A stretch of DNA of 64,000 nt, from contig JBDREQ010000063.1 in the NCBI GenBank assembly GCA_043819555.1, positions 96,001 through 160,000 on the forward strand. Direction: 5' to 3'. The number at the start of each line of letters is the position of its first letter. The stretch's first letter is position 1. Below the pieces are notes generated by a model. It was not told the DNA's origin, did not search any database, and worked only from the letters and a program-made list of their open reading frames with translations. The DNA comes from Candidatus Zixiibacteriota bacterium (GTDB lineage Bacteria > Zixibacteria > MSB-5A5 > GN15 > JAAZOE01). Below are positions 30,756-41,007 of this stretch, one piece after another. The translations under genes and the position numbers were made by a program.

Positions 30756-31305
30756 TATCGGTCAATCGTCCGCTCGCTTTTTTGAATGAAATATTTTTAA
30801 GCTGCGGATCCGACTGCATTCCTTCTTTGCTTGTCAGAGTATCGCCCCCCGGTCGGATAATAGTTACAAAACTATCGGTCACAACCGAGTCTTTCTTGCC
30901 GTCCCATTCGAGATATTCCGTCAGGAGAGTCACCGAATCCTCGCCAATTAGAACAACCGCGCCGTTGACTGCCAAAAAATTATCATCCTGGCGAATGTAG
31001 CCTTGATTGGAAGTTAATGTTGATAACCTTTGCCCTAAAGAATCATAAAATTCGGCGTGCAGGTTTATGGCGATGGTCGAATCGCGCTGAGTAAACTGCC
31101 GAATCTCATCGGCGAGCAGATCGGTTGTCTTATAGCCCTTCTTGTATAGATAAATATGGGCGTTTGACGTAACCTGGTCGGGCTGAATTGAATCGATCAG
31201 GGTGATTGAGGATTGAGGCGGACGGGTAGTTTCCTCACCGCAGGCCATCATCAAACTGCAGGCTATAATCATGGAGAAAAAAATAATTTTTCCAGATAAC
31301 TTCAC
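30727..31305 (-). CDS. lptC: LPS export protein LptC
   Basis: N-terminal anchor/lipobox; FYDSLG...LTS..G, L.TEYLEWD, V.TDSFVTI jellyroll-like pattern. Confidence 0.75.
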   Translation of the reverse strand: MKLSGKIIFFSMIIACSLMMACGEETTRPPQSSITLIDSIQPDQVTSNAHIYLYKKGYKTTDLLADEIRQFTQRDSTIAINLHAEFYDSLGQRLSTLTSNQGYIRQDDNFLAVNGAVVLIGEDSVTLLTEYLEWDGKKDSVVTDSFVTIIRPGGDTLTSKEGMQSDPQLKNISFKKASGRLTDIEKAKDANR

Positions 31306-31608
31306 GTTAATACCTCATTTATTTCTATCGACAAAATTATCACCGATATTCATCGATACTCTGATATGTTTTACAATTGTCCAGACCAGAAGATAACCAA
31401 TCTTTGAAAAATATCAACCGCCGCACTTCTGAAAATTGGGAAGATTTCGCCGCAAGCAGGCTTCACAATTCTGGTATTTTTATCGTTTGTGGAAATTTGC
31501 CGCGCACAAGGTGCGAAGTTGACTCCGCCGAATAATCCATCGTAAGCCCGCCCGATAGTTTCTATAGCATAAGTTGTTTAAGGTTTTGAATTGGCTGAGA
31601 TACAAATT

Positions 31609-32088
31609 TCAAGTGTTAGCTTTTTTTGCAGAGGGTACCACTTGTGTCCTCGACCAGGAATCATGCCAACCTTTACCCTGAGAAGAAAAGAGAATAGACA
31701 AAGGCTCTATTGGAATAAAACGAACGAGTGTGCGAATCGCGACTTGCCCAAAGCTTGGTTTCTGTCCATTGGCAGATAACACCTCAGTATGTGTGATGGC
31801 TTTCCCGATTGTACGACCAAAGAAATATTCGCACACAAGATAATAGGCAACGATTGTCAAAATGACTTGAGCTTTGGAATTCACAAAATGTGCACGCAGG
31901 AGAGTGAATGCCATATCTATCAGGATCGAAAGCACCAATGCAGCCACCATATCGACGAACCCGTTTGTTAACCGACGCCACTTTGAAACGGTCCCGGATG
32001 TCACTTTCCAAGTGCGGGTAAGTAGTATCAGCAGAGCCCCGATGACCAGGAAAAATAGTATTAACTCATAGATCCCCGTCCCAAACAT
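31609..32088 (-). CDS. RDD family membrane protein
   Basis: RRL.NG.VD, GRTIGK, IRTLVR, GWHD.WS.T.VV. Confidence 0.85.
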   Translation of the reverse strand: MFGTGIYELILFFLVIGALLILLTRTWKVTSGTVSKWRRLTNGFVDMVAALVLSILIDMAFTLLRAHFVNSKAQVILTIVAYYLVCEYFFGRTIGKAITHTEVLSANGQKPSFGQVAIRTLVRFIPIEPLSILFSSQGKGWHDSWSRTQVVPSAKKANT

Positions 32089-32316
32089 CCTGACTTCCTT
32101 CGTCTGACTCGCTTTATATCTCAGCTATTGGCCCGCTGCAGCCGTTTTGCATGAGTATATGTAGATATTTTATAGATTCCTGTCAATTCAAATCTGTATC
32201 CCGCCCCGCTATGATAAAAATCAAGCTGGGGGGCAGCCCGCAAGGAGCTTTAAAATTAAATAAAAGAATCGTTAGTTTGGGACAATCTCTGGACACCTGC
32301 CCGGTTCGTTTAGTAT

Positions 32317-33585
32317 TTATTCAATATTTAAATTTGATAAAATGTCTCTGGCGTTTTGATTATTGGGATTCAACTCAAGTGATTTCCTGTAAATGATTAT
32401 GGCATTAGCCGTATCCCCTTTGGCAAGCAAGGCTTCTGCGAAACTGTCATAGGCATTAAAGGAAGTGGGATTCAAAATAGCACTTAACCTGAAAAATCCC
32501 ACTGCTTCATCAATTTTGTCGGACAACAGCCGTTGATATCCTAATTGATTCATGCGGTTTTCATCGAAAGGAAAATTTCCAGAGTCAATCTTGCCGGACA
32601 TCACCATATTTTCAATATAGGCATCTATACTATTCTGCGCGATATATTCAAAAAATGAGTTTTCCGAATAAAAATTTTTCACAAGGGCGTTGAATTCGTC
32701 AGGGTGTTCCATATGCGCCAGGTGGCCCGCATTTTTCATTATGTATCGACGGGAATTTTCTATTCCGGCCTCGATAACACCCGCATGGGCATGAAGGTCC
32801 GGTAAATCGGATTCTCCAATCACGAGCAGCACAGGGACTTTTATTTCATTCAAATTAGGCATTGCCGGTCTTTCGGGATCTTTGGCAAGTGTGAAATTAG
32901 TTCTTTGCAGATTGTGCAAATTGGCCGTTATGATTCGGTCGGCGTACAATCGGACCTGCTGGTTTTCCTTAATGATGGAATATGGATCGACATGATATAG
33001 GTAAAAACGATAATCATCGTAGCTTTTAAATGAAGCCGGATCAAAATACCCTCCCCGAGTCAGACAATGTTCACTGTAACCATAGCCGCTAACAACAGCT
33101 CCCACCAAAACAAGTGAGATTACTTTATCGGGATGAGCCAGAGTAAAATCGATGGCCAAGCCGCCCCCGGCAGAACATCCGATCAAATGAGCCTGATTGA
33201 CTCCAAGCTGGTCGAAAACGGCCAAAAGGTCCTGTATGGGAGAAAATAATTCCGTCGGCTGGCTTGATCGGCCATATCCACGGCGGTCATATCGAATAAC
33301 TTCATAATCTTCTGCAAAGACGCCAAATTGAAAATCATAGGTTTCCCGATGTAAAATCCCGTCATGGATAAAAATAAGTTGTTCACCTTCACCCGATATT
33401 TCATAAAACAATTGCCCGCCCTCAACCTGGACAAAACCGCTGTCGGTAATATTCAGAATGGGCTTTTCCGGGATATTTTCCTGTGCCATGATATTGTATT
33501 CCCATGTTGAAATAAATATGACCGCCAAAATCCAAATAATAGTCCAACAACTATTAACCTTGTTTTTGATTTGATTTTTCTTCAT
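32317..33585 (-). CDS. Exported alpha/beta hydrolase with C-terminal TPR
   Basis: YDRRGYG.S, nucleophile GCSAGG, AGHLAH.E; NAYDSFAEA..Y.KSLELNP. Confidence 0.85.
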   Translation of the reverse strand: MKKNQIKNKVNSCWTIIWILAVIFISTWEYNIMAQENIPEKPILNITDSGFVQVEGGQLFYEISGEGEQLIFIHDGILHRETYDFQFGVFAEDYEVIRYDRRGYGRSSQPTELFSPIQDLLAVFDQLGVNQAHLIGCSAGGGLAIDFTLAHPDKVISLVLVGAVVSGYGYSEHCLTRGGYFDPASFKSYDDYRFYLYHVDPYSIIKENQQVRLYADRIITANLHNLQRTNFTLAKDPERPAMPNLNEIKVPVLLVIGESDLPDLHAHAGVIEAGIENSRRYIMKNAGHLAHMEHPDEFNALVKNFYSENSFFEYIAQNSIDAYIENMVMSGKIDSGNFPFDENRMNQLGYQRLLSDKIDEAVGFFRLSAILNPTSFNAYDSFAEALLAKGDTANAIIIYRKSLELNPNNQNARDILSNLNIE

Positions 33586-33747
33586 TTATCACTCCTAATA
33601 TACAGAACCTTCTTTGATAAAATAATTTTATAATGCCGAATCAAGATTTGTTTTTTGCGCCAATAACTTATCGACGAAAAACTAGGCTGGGTTTTTTAGG
33701 GACCGAATCAAGTTTTTGAATCACTAAGGAATTATTTAAATTAATAG

Positions 33748-33837
33748 AACAGGGCAGTGGAGCTGGGATTACTCACGGCCGAGGAATTCGACGAGAAGGT
33801 AAGACCGGAGGATATGGCAAGGCCCAAGAGGGGATAA
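33748..33837 (+). pseudogene. fumC: Orphan 3' fragment of class II fumarate hydratase/aspartase
   Basis: Translates to NRAVELGLLTAEEFDEKVRPEDMARPKRG*, resembling the FumC C-terminus; in-frame TAG directly upstream. Confidence 0.7.
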
Positions 33838-33848
33838 TCCCTCTTTTT
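33826..33848 (+). terminator. Intrinsic terminator at the end of the fumC remnant
   Basis: AAGAGGG-GATAAT-CCCTCTT-TTT. Confidence 0.6.
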
Positions 33849-33888
33849 GCTGTCGCCCGATTCAATAATACAATTATGCAACTATTCG

Positions 33889-33916
33889 GGCGGCCTATTG
33901 AGGCCGCCTTTTTTTT
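33889..33916 (+). terminator. Strong intrinsic terminator
   Basis: GGCGGCCT-ATTG-AGGCCGCC-T8. Confidence 0.75.
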
Positions 33917-33968
33917 GCAACTAATCCAGATTTGCCTTATATTAATCATGCCAAAACCAAGGTGGATT

Positions 33969-34523
33969 ATGCAACATGCAGTCACTCTTACTTTTGATAA
34001 AGAAGCCACTTCATTATTGCGAAGCGCCTGGCAAAGTATCGTAGATGCGGGTTTGCCTCAGCCGTTATTTAATACTGATGTGCGGCCCCATATAACATTA
34101 AGTGTATGCGGCCATCTTGATAAGGAACGCTTTTTTATTGAACTCAAAGAATGGACTGCGAGTAATTTACAATTTAATATCAGGATTTCGAGCGTCGGGC
34201 TGTTTACAACTAATCAACTAGTGCTTTATTACAGTATCACTCCGACCGAATACCTGATTCAGCTTCACCGGAAATTCCATGATATGTTTTCTCATTATGC
34301 CGAAAACGTCTGGGATTATTTTCATCCCGGTATCTGGGTCCCCCATGTGACGATGTCGGAAGGGTTGAAGGCGGAACAAATTTCTAAGGCGGTAAACATC
34401 GCGTCTCGATTTGAGTTTCCTCTTGTTTGTCGGGCCGAGGAGATTGTCCTGGTGGATGTAAAGAAATTGAGAGAAATTAACGCATTCAAATTAGGCCAGG
34501 GAGAAGCTACCCACCCGTTATAG
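33969..34523 (+). CDS. 2H phosphoesterase (2'-5' RNA ligase family)
   Basis: Two HxT motifs, PHITL and PHVTM; ATG at 33969 after GGTGG. Confidence 0.82.
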   Translation: MQHAVTLTFDKEATSLLRSAWQSIVDAGLPQPLFNTDVRPHITLSVCGHLDKERFFIELKEWTASNLQFNIRISSVGLFTTNQLVLYYSITPTEYLIQLHRKFHDMFSHYAENVWDYFHPGIWVPHVTMSEGLKAEQISKAVNIASRFEFPLVCRAEEIVLVDVKKLREINAFKLGQGEATHPL

Positions 34524-34561
34524 GGACATCACATCGTCACTTTTACCGCTTTCGACCTTGC

Positions 34562-35557
34562 TTATTTTTCCGGTCTGAATTTTTCAATAATTTTGGCATC
34601 AACCCAGAAAAGAGTCGCGTAGCCGTTTTCCGGCGAGCGGTAGAGCTCGATGTATTGATCAAAATTTTTGCCTTTGAATGATTCCGGATCAATAGCACGA
34701 TAACTGGAGAAGAATATATATTTGCCGTCGGGCGACAGGCAGGGATCAAATTCACTGGCCGGAGAATTCACGTCCTTTCCCAGGATAACCGGGCTTGACC
34801 AGATTCCGTCATTATTTTTGAAACTGACAAAGATATCATTGTTGTATGAACCAGTCAGGCGATTGGAATAAAAAAGGATAAAGCTTTCATCGGGGGCGAT
34901 CGCGGGGTGGCCTTCGACTCCAGAAGAGTTGATGTCCGCCAGATTTTCCGGGGGTTGATACTGGCCATTTTCGAAGCGCGACAAATATATATCGAACTGG
35001 CGGTTTTTATCATAATCTCCCTGAATGTACATATTCCCATTAGCCGCGATCGATCCGATGCCTTCGATGCCGGACGTATTCAGGGGAGCGCCCATGACAG
35101 TCGGTTCCGACCGTCCTTCGGCCATTTTTTCGACATACCAAATGTTGTGTAATTTAAGGGTTGTATCATTAGGAGCAGGGCGGTTGGAAGTAAAGTAAAT
35201 GCCTTTGCCATCATGTGAAAATGCAACTGAAATATCTTTATACTCGCCCGACCAGGGAAGGATTTCGGGTGAACCCCAGACCCCGTTTTTTTCTTTAATT
35301 GATACCATGGCGTAATGAGAATAATTATTATCCGTCATGATATAATACAGTTCTTTGCCGTCAGATGAAAACGTCGCGCCAAGCTCATGAAATCCACGTG
35401 AAATAATCCCCGGCGCAAAAATCTCAGGGATGGTATCGGGCGGTGTTTGGCCAAGGTACGGGCCGCGCAATTCAGGAATTTTTTCCTGTGTTGAGCAGCC
35501 GTAAATGCATAATGATAACAAAATGCTCATGAGTATTATAGTATTTTTTGAATTCAT
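34562..35557 (-). CDS. PD40/TolB-like beta-propeller lipoprotein
   Basis: Lipobox IYGC; GPYLGQ.PP..PEIFAPG; repeated P.(F/I)SPDGK units. Confidence 0.8.
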   Translation of the reverse strand: MNSKNTIILMSILLSLCIYGCSTQEKIPELRGPYLGQTPPDTIPEIFAPGIISRGFHELGATFSSDGKELYYIMTDNNYSHYAMVSIKEKNGVWGSPEILPWSGEYKDISVAFSHDGKGIYFTSNRPAPNDTTLKLHNIWYVEKMAEGRSEPTVMGAPLNTSGIEGIGSIAANGNMYIQGDYDKNRQFDIYLSRFENGQYQPPENLADINSSGVEGHPAIAPDESFILFYSNRLTGSYNNDIFVSFKNNDGIWSSPVILGKDVNSPASEFDPCLSPDGKYIFFSSYRAIDPESFKGKNFDQYIELYRSPENGYATLFWVDAKIIEKFRPEK

Positions 35558-35857
35558 GATTTCCTCCAGCCAATTTGATTTTCAATTCGGGTATAAGTTT
35601 AATTACCGCCTGGCTGGATAATAAGAAAATAATGACATCAGAGCCAAGTAAATCATTTGCGAAAAAAGGCGGTGTAATTCAGAGTTCAAAAAAATAGCTC
35701 CAATGGACTCTTTCCTTTAGCTGATATCATTATGAATGCTTTTTCATAATCTTCCCGTTATTACTGAATGCCATATTGATTTTGGAATTCTACAGTTATT
35801 GCAGTAATAACAAAGATAAGAACAAGATTGCTCAATTATTCTTTGGGAAAGATAATT

Positions 35858-35892
35858 AAAAAACCCGCGAGATATAAACCTCACAGGTTTTT
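35858..35892 (-). terminator. Terminator at the end of the aromatic cluster
   Basis: Minus strand AAAACCTGTGAG..CTCGCGGGTTTTTT with G-U pairs. Confidence 0.6.
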
Positions 35893-35918
35893 ATTCAACA
35901 AAAATATATTGTAATTGC

Positions 35919-38003
35919 CTAAACCGACATTACTTTGACGGCTTCGGAACCAATCATTCCTTTTTGGCAATATTTACTGCTCATGAAATCAGCCGAATGT
36001 TTGGCTTGAATATTCAAAGCCTCGCCAATCGGGCTTTCGCAGGAATTTCTTATACAATTCAAAATAGCCTTGCGAGCCGCTTCGGTGGCCGGGTTTCCGG
36101 AATCAGTCAAACCCAAATCGGCCGGGATTCCGCTAAGAGGTTTTTCCTCGACCTTCCTGAGGGGAATGTTGTGACCGCCTCCGGACGCAATCGACCAGGC
36201 AATTTTGATTGCCTCTTCCATTGGGCCGGCAAAATCAGTCAACCAGCCGACTGAATCTTTGGCTTTGACAAATTTGCCGGTTAAAAGCAGGTGCATAACT
36301 TTGGTCCAGTCATCTGATTTGGCTTTCCTGAGCGGCCAATGACACCCTTCCATACCCGGGACGACCGGGAGTGTAACTTCCGGCATTCCAAATTGGCCGC
36401 CTTCGTCGGAAACCAGATAGTGACAGTGCATCAATAATTCCAGCATACCGCCGAGGCATCTTTTGCCATTTAAGAATCCGACCGATACTTTGAATTCATC
36501 ATTAAAACGGCGGGCAGTTCTGGACCAATTGGTGGAAATTTCCAAACCCTTTTCCAGTTCTTTCAGCGCCGGGTAGAAATCGCTGGTATCGGCCCCGACC
36601 ATCTGCGTCGACAGATGGAAATCGCCAGTGAGAATCACTCTTTCAATGCCATCCGCCTTCAGCCAATCGATAGCTCGGTTTAATTCAGCATTGACCTCGT
36701 TGTTATAGCTCTCCCGATTGATGCTGATTACTCCTATAGTCCCGTCATGTTCGGCATTAACATACAGTTGTTGCCAATCGAAATCATTTATCTTGTCGAA
36801 AACTTCCGGATGCCACGAACCGCCTTTGGCTTCCGGGTGAAGAGTATGATATGCTTCGACGGTTTTGATTGCTTTTTCAGCGCCGAGATCACGAATGGCC
36901 GCCATGATACCATTGCGAAACTGGGCGCAAATCTCACCGATAGCATTGATGTGCGAGAAATGGGAACGATTTTCATAGATCATCAATGATGTCATTTGAA
37001 TCATCGGCCCGAAAAGCCAATTGCGCATCTCTTCGGTTTCGGCGTCATCAAGTTTCCAGTTCACAACCGGACGGAAATGATCAAGCGGATACCAGTTCTG
37101 GCCGGTTACTGAGCGTTCATTGAGTTCCGGAGTAGGCTCAAACAGTTCGCCGTAGTTTTTACTCAGGTGATGCAGGCATGACCATGTCAGATAATTGGCC
37201 CCGGCCGCCCCAATGGCGTCGTGTGCCCGGAATGGATTTGGACCCATTATCTTTCGGACAAATTTGTCAATTTTCCAATATGGCATATTGGACGCTCGAT
37301 GATACCTGAGTCCCGCGAGCATCAAACCGCAGAAGAGGACATCAAGAACGAATGACCAGTTATCGCTGACCGGTACCGGAATCATACCGACGGCCCAGAA
37401 TAATTTCGTGATAGGCGATGCCTCATCTTCGACAATTTCCCACATTTTATTTATCTGATGAGGGAAGGCTGGATGAGCGATGCCCACTCCGAGTTCCGAC
37501 TGTGGAAAACCGGACGTGACGGAACGAATTTGAATTTCAGGGAAGGTTTCACGGAAAACTTTATAATGTGCTTTTTTAATCTCAAGGATTTCCGGTATGG
37601 CTTCGAGTAGAAAGCGCGGATTCATGTTTTTCAAGGCAGATGGCAATTGTTTGCCATCGTAATTTAATCGAACAACGTTTGACATAATTTTATCGGCTTG
37701 GCCTTGTCCGAATGCAGCCCTGAGACCCTGATACTGCGGACCGATGCCATCGGGGGCTCCGGGGAAATCAAGGCAGGCGACAGGGATATCAAAAGGCATC
37801 AACCTCGAACCCAATTGCATTGTTTTGCCAGCGCCAACAATACCGTTAGCTCCGGAGATGACTAACGCTCCGCGATTGCCGGAGTTTCCAAATACCTGAT
37901 CGACCAAATCATCGGCTCGGGCAGGGAGTTTTCCCTTTTGGAATATTTCCAGAACAGAACCGAGTCCCATCGTTTCCAGAGTAGATTTTCTCATCTGTTT
38001 CAT
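35919..38003 (-). CDS. Divergent 3-hydroxyacyl-CoA dehydrogenase-enoyl-CoA hydratase fusion
   Basis: GANGIVG Rossmann motif, EAIPEILEIKK, SVTSG; C-terminal crotonase CLGGMLEL, FGMPEV.L.VVPG. Confidence 0.7.
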   Translation of the reverse strand: MKQMRKSTLETMGLGSVLEIFQKGKLPARADDLVDQVFGNSGNRGALVISGANGIVGAGKTMQLGSRLMPFDIPVACLDFPGAPDGIGPQYQGLRAAFGQGQADKIMSNVVRLNYDGKQLPSALKNMNPRFLLEAIPEILEIKKAHYKVFRETFPEIQIRSVTSGFPQSELGVGIAHPAFPHQINKMWEIVEDEASPITKLFWAVGMIPVPVSDNWSFVLDVLFCGLMLAGLRYHRASNMPYWKIDKFVRKIMGPNPFRAHDAIGAAGANYLTWSCLHHLSKNYGELFEPTPELNERSVTGQNWYPLDHFRPVVNWKLDDAETEEMRNWLFGPMIQMTSLMIYENRSHFSHINAIGEICAQFRNGIMAAIRDLGAEKAIKTVEAYHTLHPEAKGGSWHPEVFDKINDFDWQQLYVNAEHDGTIGVISINRESYNNEVNAELNRAIDWLKADGIERVILTGDFHLSTQMVGADTSDFYPALKELEKGLEISTNWSRTARRFNDEFKVSVGFLNGKRCLGGMLELLMHCHYLVSDEGGQFGMPEVTLPVVPGMEGCHWPLRKAKSDDWTKVMHLLLTGKFVKAKDSVGWLTDFAGPMEEAIKIAWSIASGGGHNIPLRKVEEKPLSGIPADLGLTDSGNPATEAARKAILNCIRNSCESPIGEALNIQAKHSADFMSSKYCQKGMIGSEAVKVMSV

Positions 38004-38005
38004 AA

Positions 38006-39214
38006 TTATTTACCCCCGTCCGTTACTTTAAGAATAGCCGCGATACCTACATCTCCGGCGGCGCATCCGAAAATAAGCACATAACCTCCACCCAGCGTCA
38101 CCGCTTCCTCCAAAGCTTCGATAGTAACCCGTGTCAGAGTCGGTCCCTGGGGGTGGCCCCAAACCAGGGGACAGCCGGTATTGTTCATATTGTGCCAGTC
38201 GTATTCAAGCACTTTGGAGAAAATGACATCATTGACGGCAAAGGGATTATGATTTTTTACGACAGTCATATCCGTCATCGTCAAGCCGGTTTTCTTTAAA
38301 AGTTTTTGCACAGCCAGCGCGGGAGATTCGGGCATTAAACTGGGTTGAGTGCGAATTTCTATTTTACCAACGAATCGGATATCGATTTCCGGTCGCGGGC
38401 TGAGTTCTTTGGCTTTCTCCGGTGATGTAACCAGAAGCGTCGCCATGCCGTCCGAAGCGTGGGTTTGGGTACCGGCTGTGACGCCATCATCAAGTTCAAA
38501 CATGCCTCTCAGGCTATCCATAGTAACCTGCCTGATTCCCAAATCGTCATCAACTGTTCCCAAATACCGGCCCTGGACATTTAGAACTTCCAGCGGAACA
38601 AGGATTTTATCAAAGAATCCCGATTTTTTTGTATCGAAATATTGCTGATAGCGATGGAAAGCCAGCTCATCCACTTCGCGGCGGTCACATTTATATTTTC
38701 GGGAAGCCTTTCCGGCGCAGGCGATCATTGCTTTCCCGGTTGCCGGATCAAATCCAAAATTATCCCAGACATCGCTTAGTGCGGCCGTTCTCTGATATGT
38801 CCTTCTTTCAGGAAACACTCCCACCGGGGAATCGCTTGTGCGATCAAAAGTCAAAACGCCGACAACATCGTGCGAGCCGCCATGAACTTCCGATGCGGCC
38901 AGTACTATTGCCTGAAGACCTGTGGCGCAGGCCTGTTCCATATGATATCCGGGGATGCGAACGCCCATACAGCTGGATACAAGCGGGGCAGTCCAGAATT
39001 TCCAATGCCAGGGAATCGTCGATCCGATGACAAGATATTCAAGTTCGCTTACAGGGACTTTCCTTAATCCCAGGATTCGATTGGCCGCCTCCCCGGCAAA
39101 TTGGCCGATATTAACTTCGGCCAATGCCGATGTTTGCCAGGCGGGGAAATAACTGCTTCCCCAGGTACCATAAGGTATCCTGGCGTTACCGAACATCATT
39201 TCGTCGGTTTTCAT
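38006..39214 (-). CDS. Atypical acetyl-CoA acyltransferase (thiolase)
   Basis: QACATG, TAG.QT..SDG, NHNPFA, GHPQG, GCAAG. Confidence 0.82.
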   Translation of the reverse strand: MKTDEMMFGNARIPYGTWGSSYFPAWQTSALAEVNIGQFAGEAANRILGLRKVPVSELEYLVIGSTIPWHWKFWTAPLVSSCMGVRIPGYHMEQACATGLQAIVLAASEVHGGSHDVVGVLTFDRTSDSPVGVFPERRTYQRTAALSDVWDNFGFDPATGKAMIACAGKASRKYKCDRREVDELAFHRYQQYFDTKKSGFFDKILVPLEVLNVQGRYLGTVDDDLGIRQVTMDSLRGMFELDDGVTAGTQTHASDGMATLLVTSPEKAKELSPRPEIDIRFVGKIEIRTQPSLMPESPALAVQKLLKKTGLTMTDMTVVKNHNPFAVNDVIFSKVLEYDWHNMNNTGCPLVWGHPQGPTLTRVTIEALEEAVTLGGGYVLIFGCAAGDVGIAAILKVTDGGK

Positions 39215-39392
39215 TATTTTCCACTCCCATATAATTTGATATTATTTTTCGGTTTCGCAAATTGTATCATAATCTTATGAAATTATAAGAAATTGCTTCA
39301 CTTGGCAAGAGTCTGAAGATATTTTGTGACTGAATTTTAGTTAAATATCACATGAGGGATAAAAATAATCATATTTAATTGTCGGACATAAT

Positions 39393-40202
39393 TTATTTTT
39401 GGGATTTGAGAGCCAGGGCCGCTTCAAGCGCCCCGCCGGCGATGGCATTGGCTTTGTCAGATATTCGAAAACAAAAATCACGTTTTCCCCGCGGATCAAT
39501 ATCGCCAATTTTCTGACCCTGTTTGACTTCACTACCGTTTGCAATCAATCCCCTGATAATACCGCTTGTTCCGCAAGCAACGGCAGTATCGCCAATTTTT
39601 CCTATCTCCTGCCCAATATGAACTTTGTTGGTGATCTCATAATCAGGCATGAAAATGCCATTGCCCGGCGCTCTCAATACCCGCGCTTCGCTGATACCAT
39701 CAACGCTGGCCGGAGTGCCGGTATGTGCCTGCGTCGAACCATCGTACAAGACCCGTCCCAGATCAAAACCCCGATTTGTCTCAATAGCGGCATGGCAATT
39801 TTCTCCGACGGTAAATCCGGGACCGAGACCGATGACAACGGGAGCCATATCGAGATTAGTATCATTTTTGGTTTTCATCATGCGGGCGTCTATCAGAAAA
39901 TATGGATTAAGTAATTTGAGGCATTCGGCATCGGGATCAATCAAAATTGGTACGCGTCGCGATTTAAGTGCAGACAAGGCATCAATTACCGACGATGCCA
40001 ATTTCGCAGTAACGCCTTCAATTGTTACCTCTTTTTGATGGACGGCTTCGGCAAAACATACTTTGCGCCTGATACATGTTGGGGAAGGTTTTTCAAGAGC
40101 CACGACATCAAATCCGGCAATAAAAAGTTTCTTTATCACTCCGGATGCCATTTCCCCGGCGCCGCGAACGATAATTAAATTTCGATTAATCTCTTCTGTC
40201 AT
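39393..40202 (-). CDS. yqeB: Selenium-dependent molybdenum hydroxylase system protein YqeB
   Basis: VRGAGEMASG, IRR.VCF, ETNRG..LGR, GDIDPR, ISDKA.AIAGG. Confidence 0.9.
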   Translation of the reverse strand: MTEEINRNLIIVRGAGEMASGVIKKLFIAGFDVVALEKPSPTCIRRKVCFAEAVHQKEVTIEGVTAKLASSVIDALSALKSRRVPILIDPDAECLKLLNPYFLIDARMMKTKNDTNLDMAPVVIGLGPGFTVGENCHAAIETNRGFDLGRVLYDGSTQAHTGTPASVDGISEARVLRAPGNGIFMPDYEITNKVHIGQEIGKIGDTAVACGTSGIIRGLIANGSEVKQGQKIGDIDPRGKRDFCFRISDKANAIAGGALEAALALKSQK

Positions 40203-40983
40203 ATGATTTTACTAAGAGGGAGTTTTTTACCATAATAATTTCGGCCATTATGGCCAATGCGATTTCGGCCGGGCCTTCCGCCCCAATATCAAGGCCAATT
40301 GGCGAATGGATTTTACTGATTTGTCCTTTTGTAAAACCATTCTGCTCAAGTTGGGTAAATACTTTTTTGATTTTCGCCTTTGAGCCGATCATTCCCAGAT
40401 AGGCTGAGTTTTGTTTCAACACATTTTTCAACACTGCCAGATCGCCTTCATGCGAACTGGTAACAATAACGACATATGAGGAATCGTCAATGTCGGGTAA
40501 GTTGTTTGAATAATGCTCATCTATCAAAATAACATTTGTGCCTTTACTCACATCATCAAGCAATTCCCGGCGGTTATCGGCCACCGTAATAGAGAAGTCG
40601 AATCTCTTCGCGAGCGATGCCAATTCTGAGCCAACATGTCCGGCGCCGAAAATAATTAGTTTATTGGGACGAGTGTTTACTTCCATATATACTTCGGCCT
40701 CCCCGCCGCATTGCATACCGGTCGCATCGGGACCGTTTTTCGCAAAGCTGTATTTTTTCAATAAAAAGCGATTGCCGCTACTCATAAGAGAGAGGCAGTC
40801 ATCAATAACCTGCTTTTCAAACAGCCCGCCGCCGATTGTTCCGCATATTGTGCCGTCGAGAAAGACAATCATTTTTGCTCCGGTTTGCCGTGGTGACGAA
40901 CCGGCCGTGCGAACGATGGTGGCAATAACAAATAGACGGCCTTGTTCTCGGTTGCGAACGATTTCTTTATAAATATCGATCAT
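40186..40983 (-). CDS. xdhC: XdhC/CoxI family Moco insertion chaperone
   Basis: GSSPR..GAKM, GTIGGG, CGG, GAGHV, YLGMIGS, PIGLDIGA..P.EIA. Confidence 0.92.
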   Translation of the reverse strand: MIDIYKEIVRNREQGRLFVIATIVRTAGSSPRQTGAKMIVFLDGTICGTIGGGLFEKQVIDDCLSLMSSGNRFLLKKYSFAKNGPDATGMQCGGEAEVYMEVNTRPNKLIIFGAGHVGSELASLAKRFDFSITVADNRRELLDDVSKGTNVILIDEHYSNNLPDIDDSSYVVIVTSSHEGDLAVLKNVLKQNSAYLGMIGSKAKIKKVFTQLEQNGFTKGQISKIHSPIGLDIGAEGPAEIALAIMAEIIMVKNSLLVKSYDRRD

Positions 40984-41007
40984 ATAAATAGCGATACGAG
41001 CCTGAGA

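Noticed and set aside
31590..31625. GCTAAC at the end of the RDD gene as a possible integron attC site
   Set aside because: Does not fit RYYYAAC, no matching GTTRRRY arm forms a hairpin, and no integrase or cassette array is present
33876..33968. Upstream ATG extension of the 2H phosphoesterase
   Set aside because: It runs through a strong terminator; the ATG at 33969 has a better RBS
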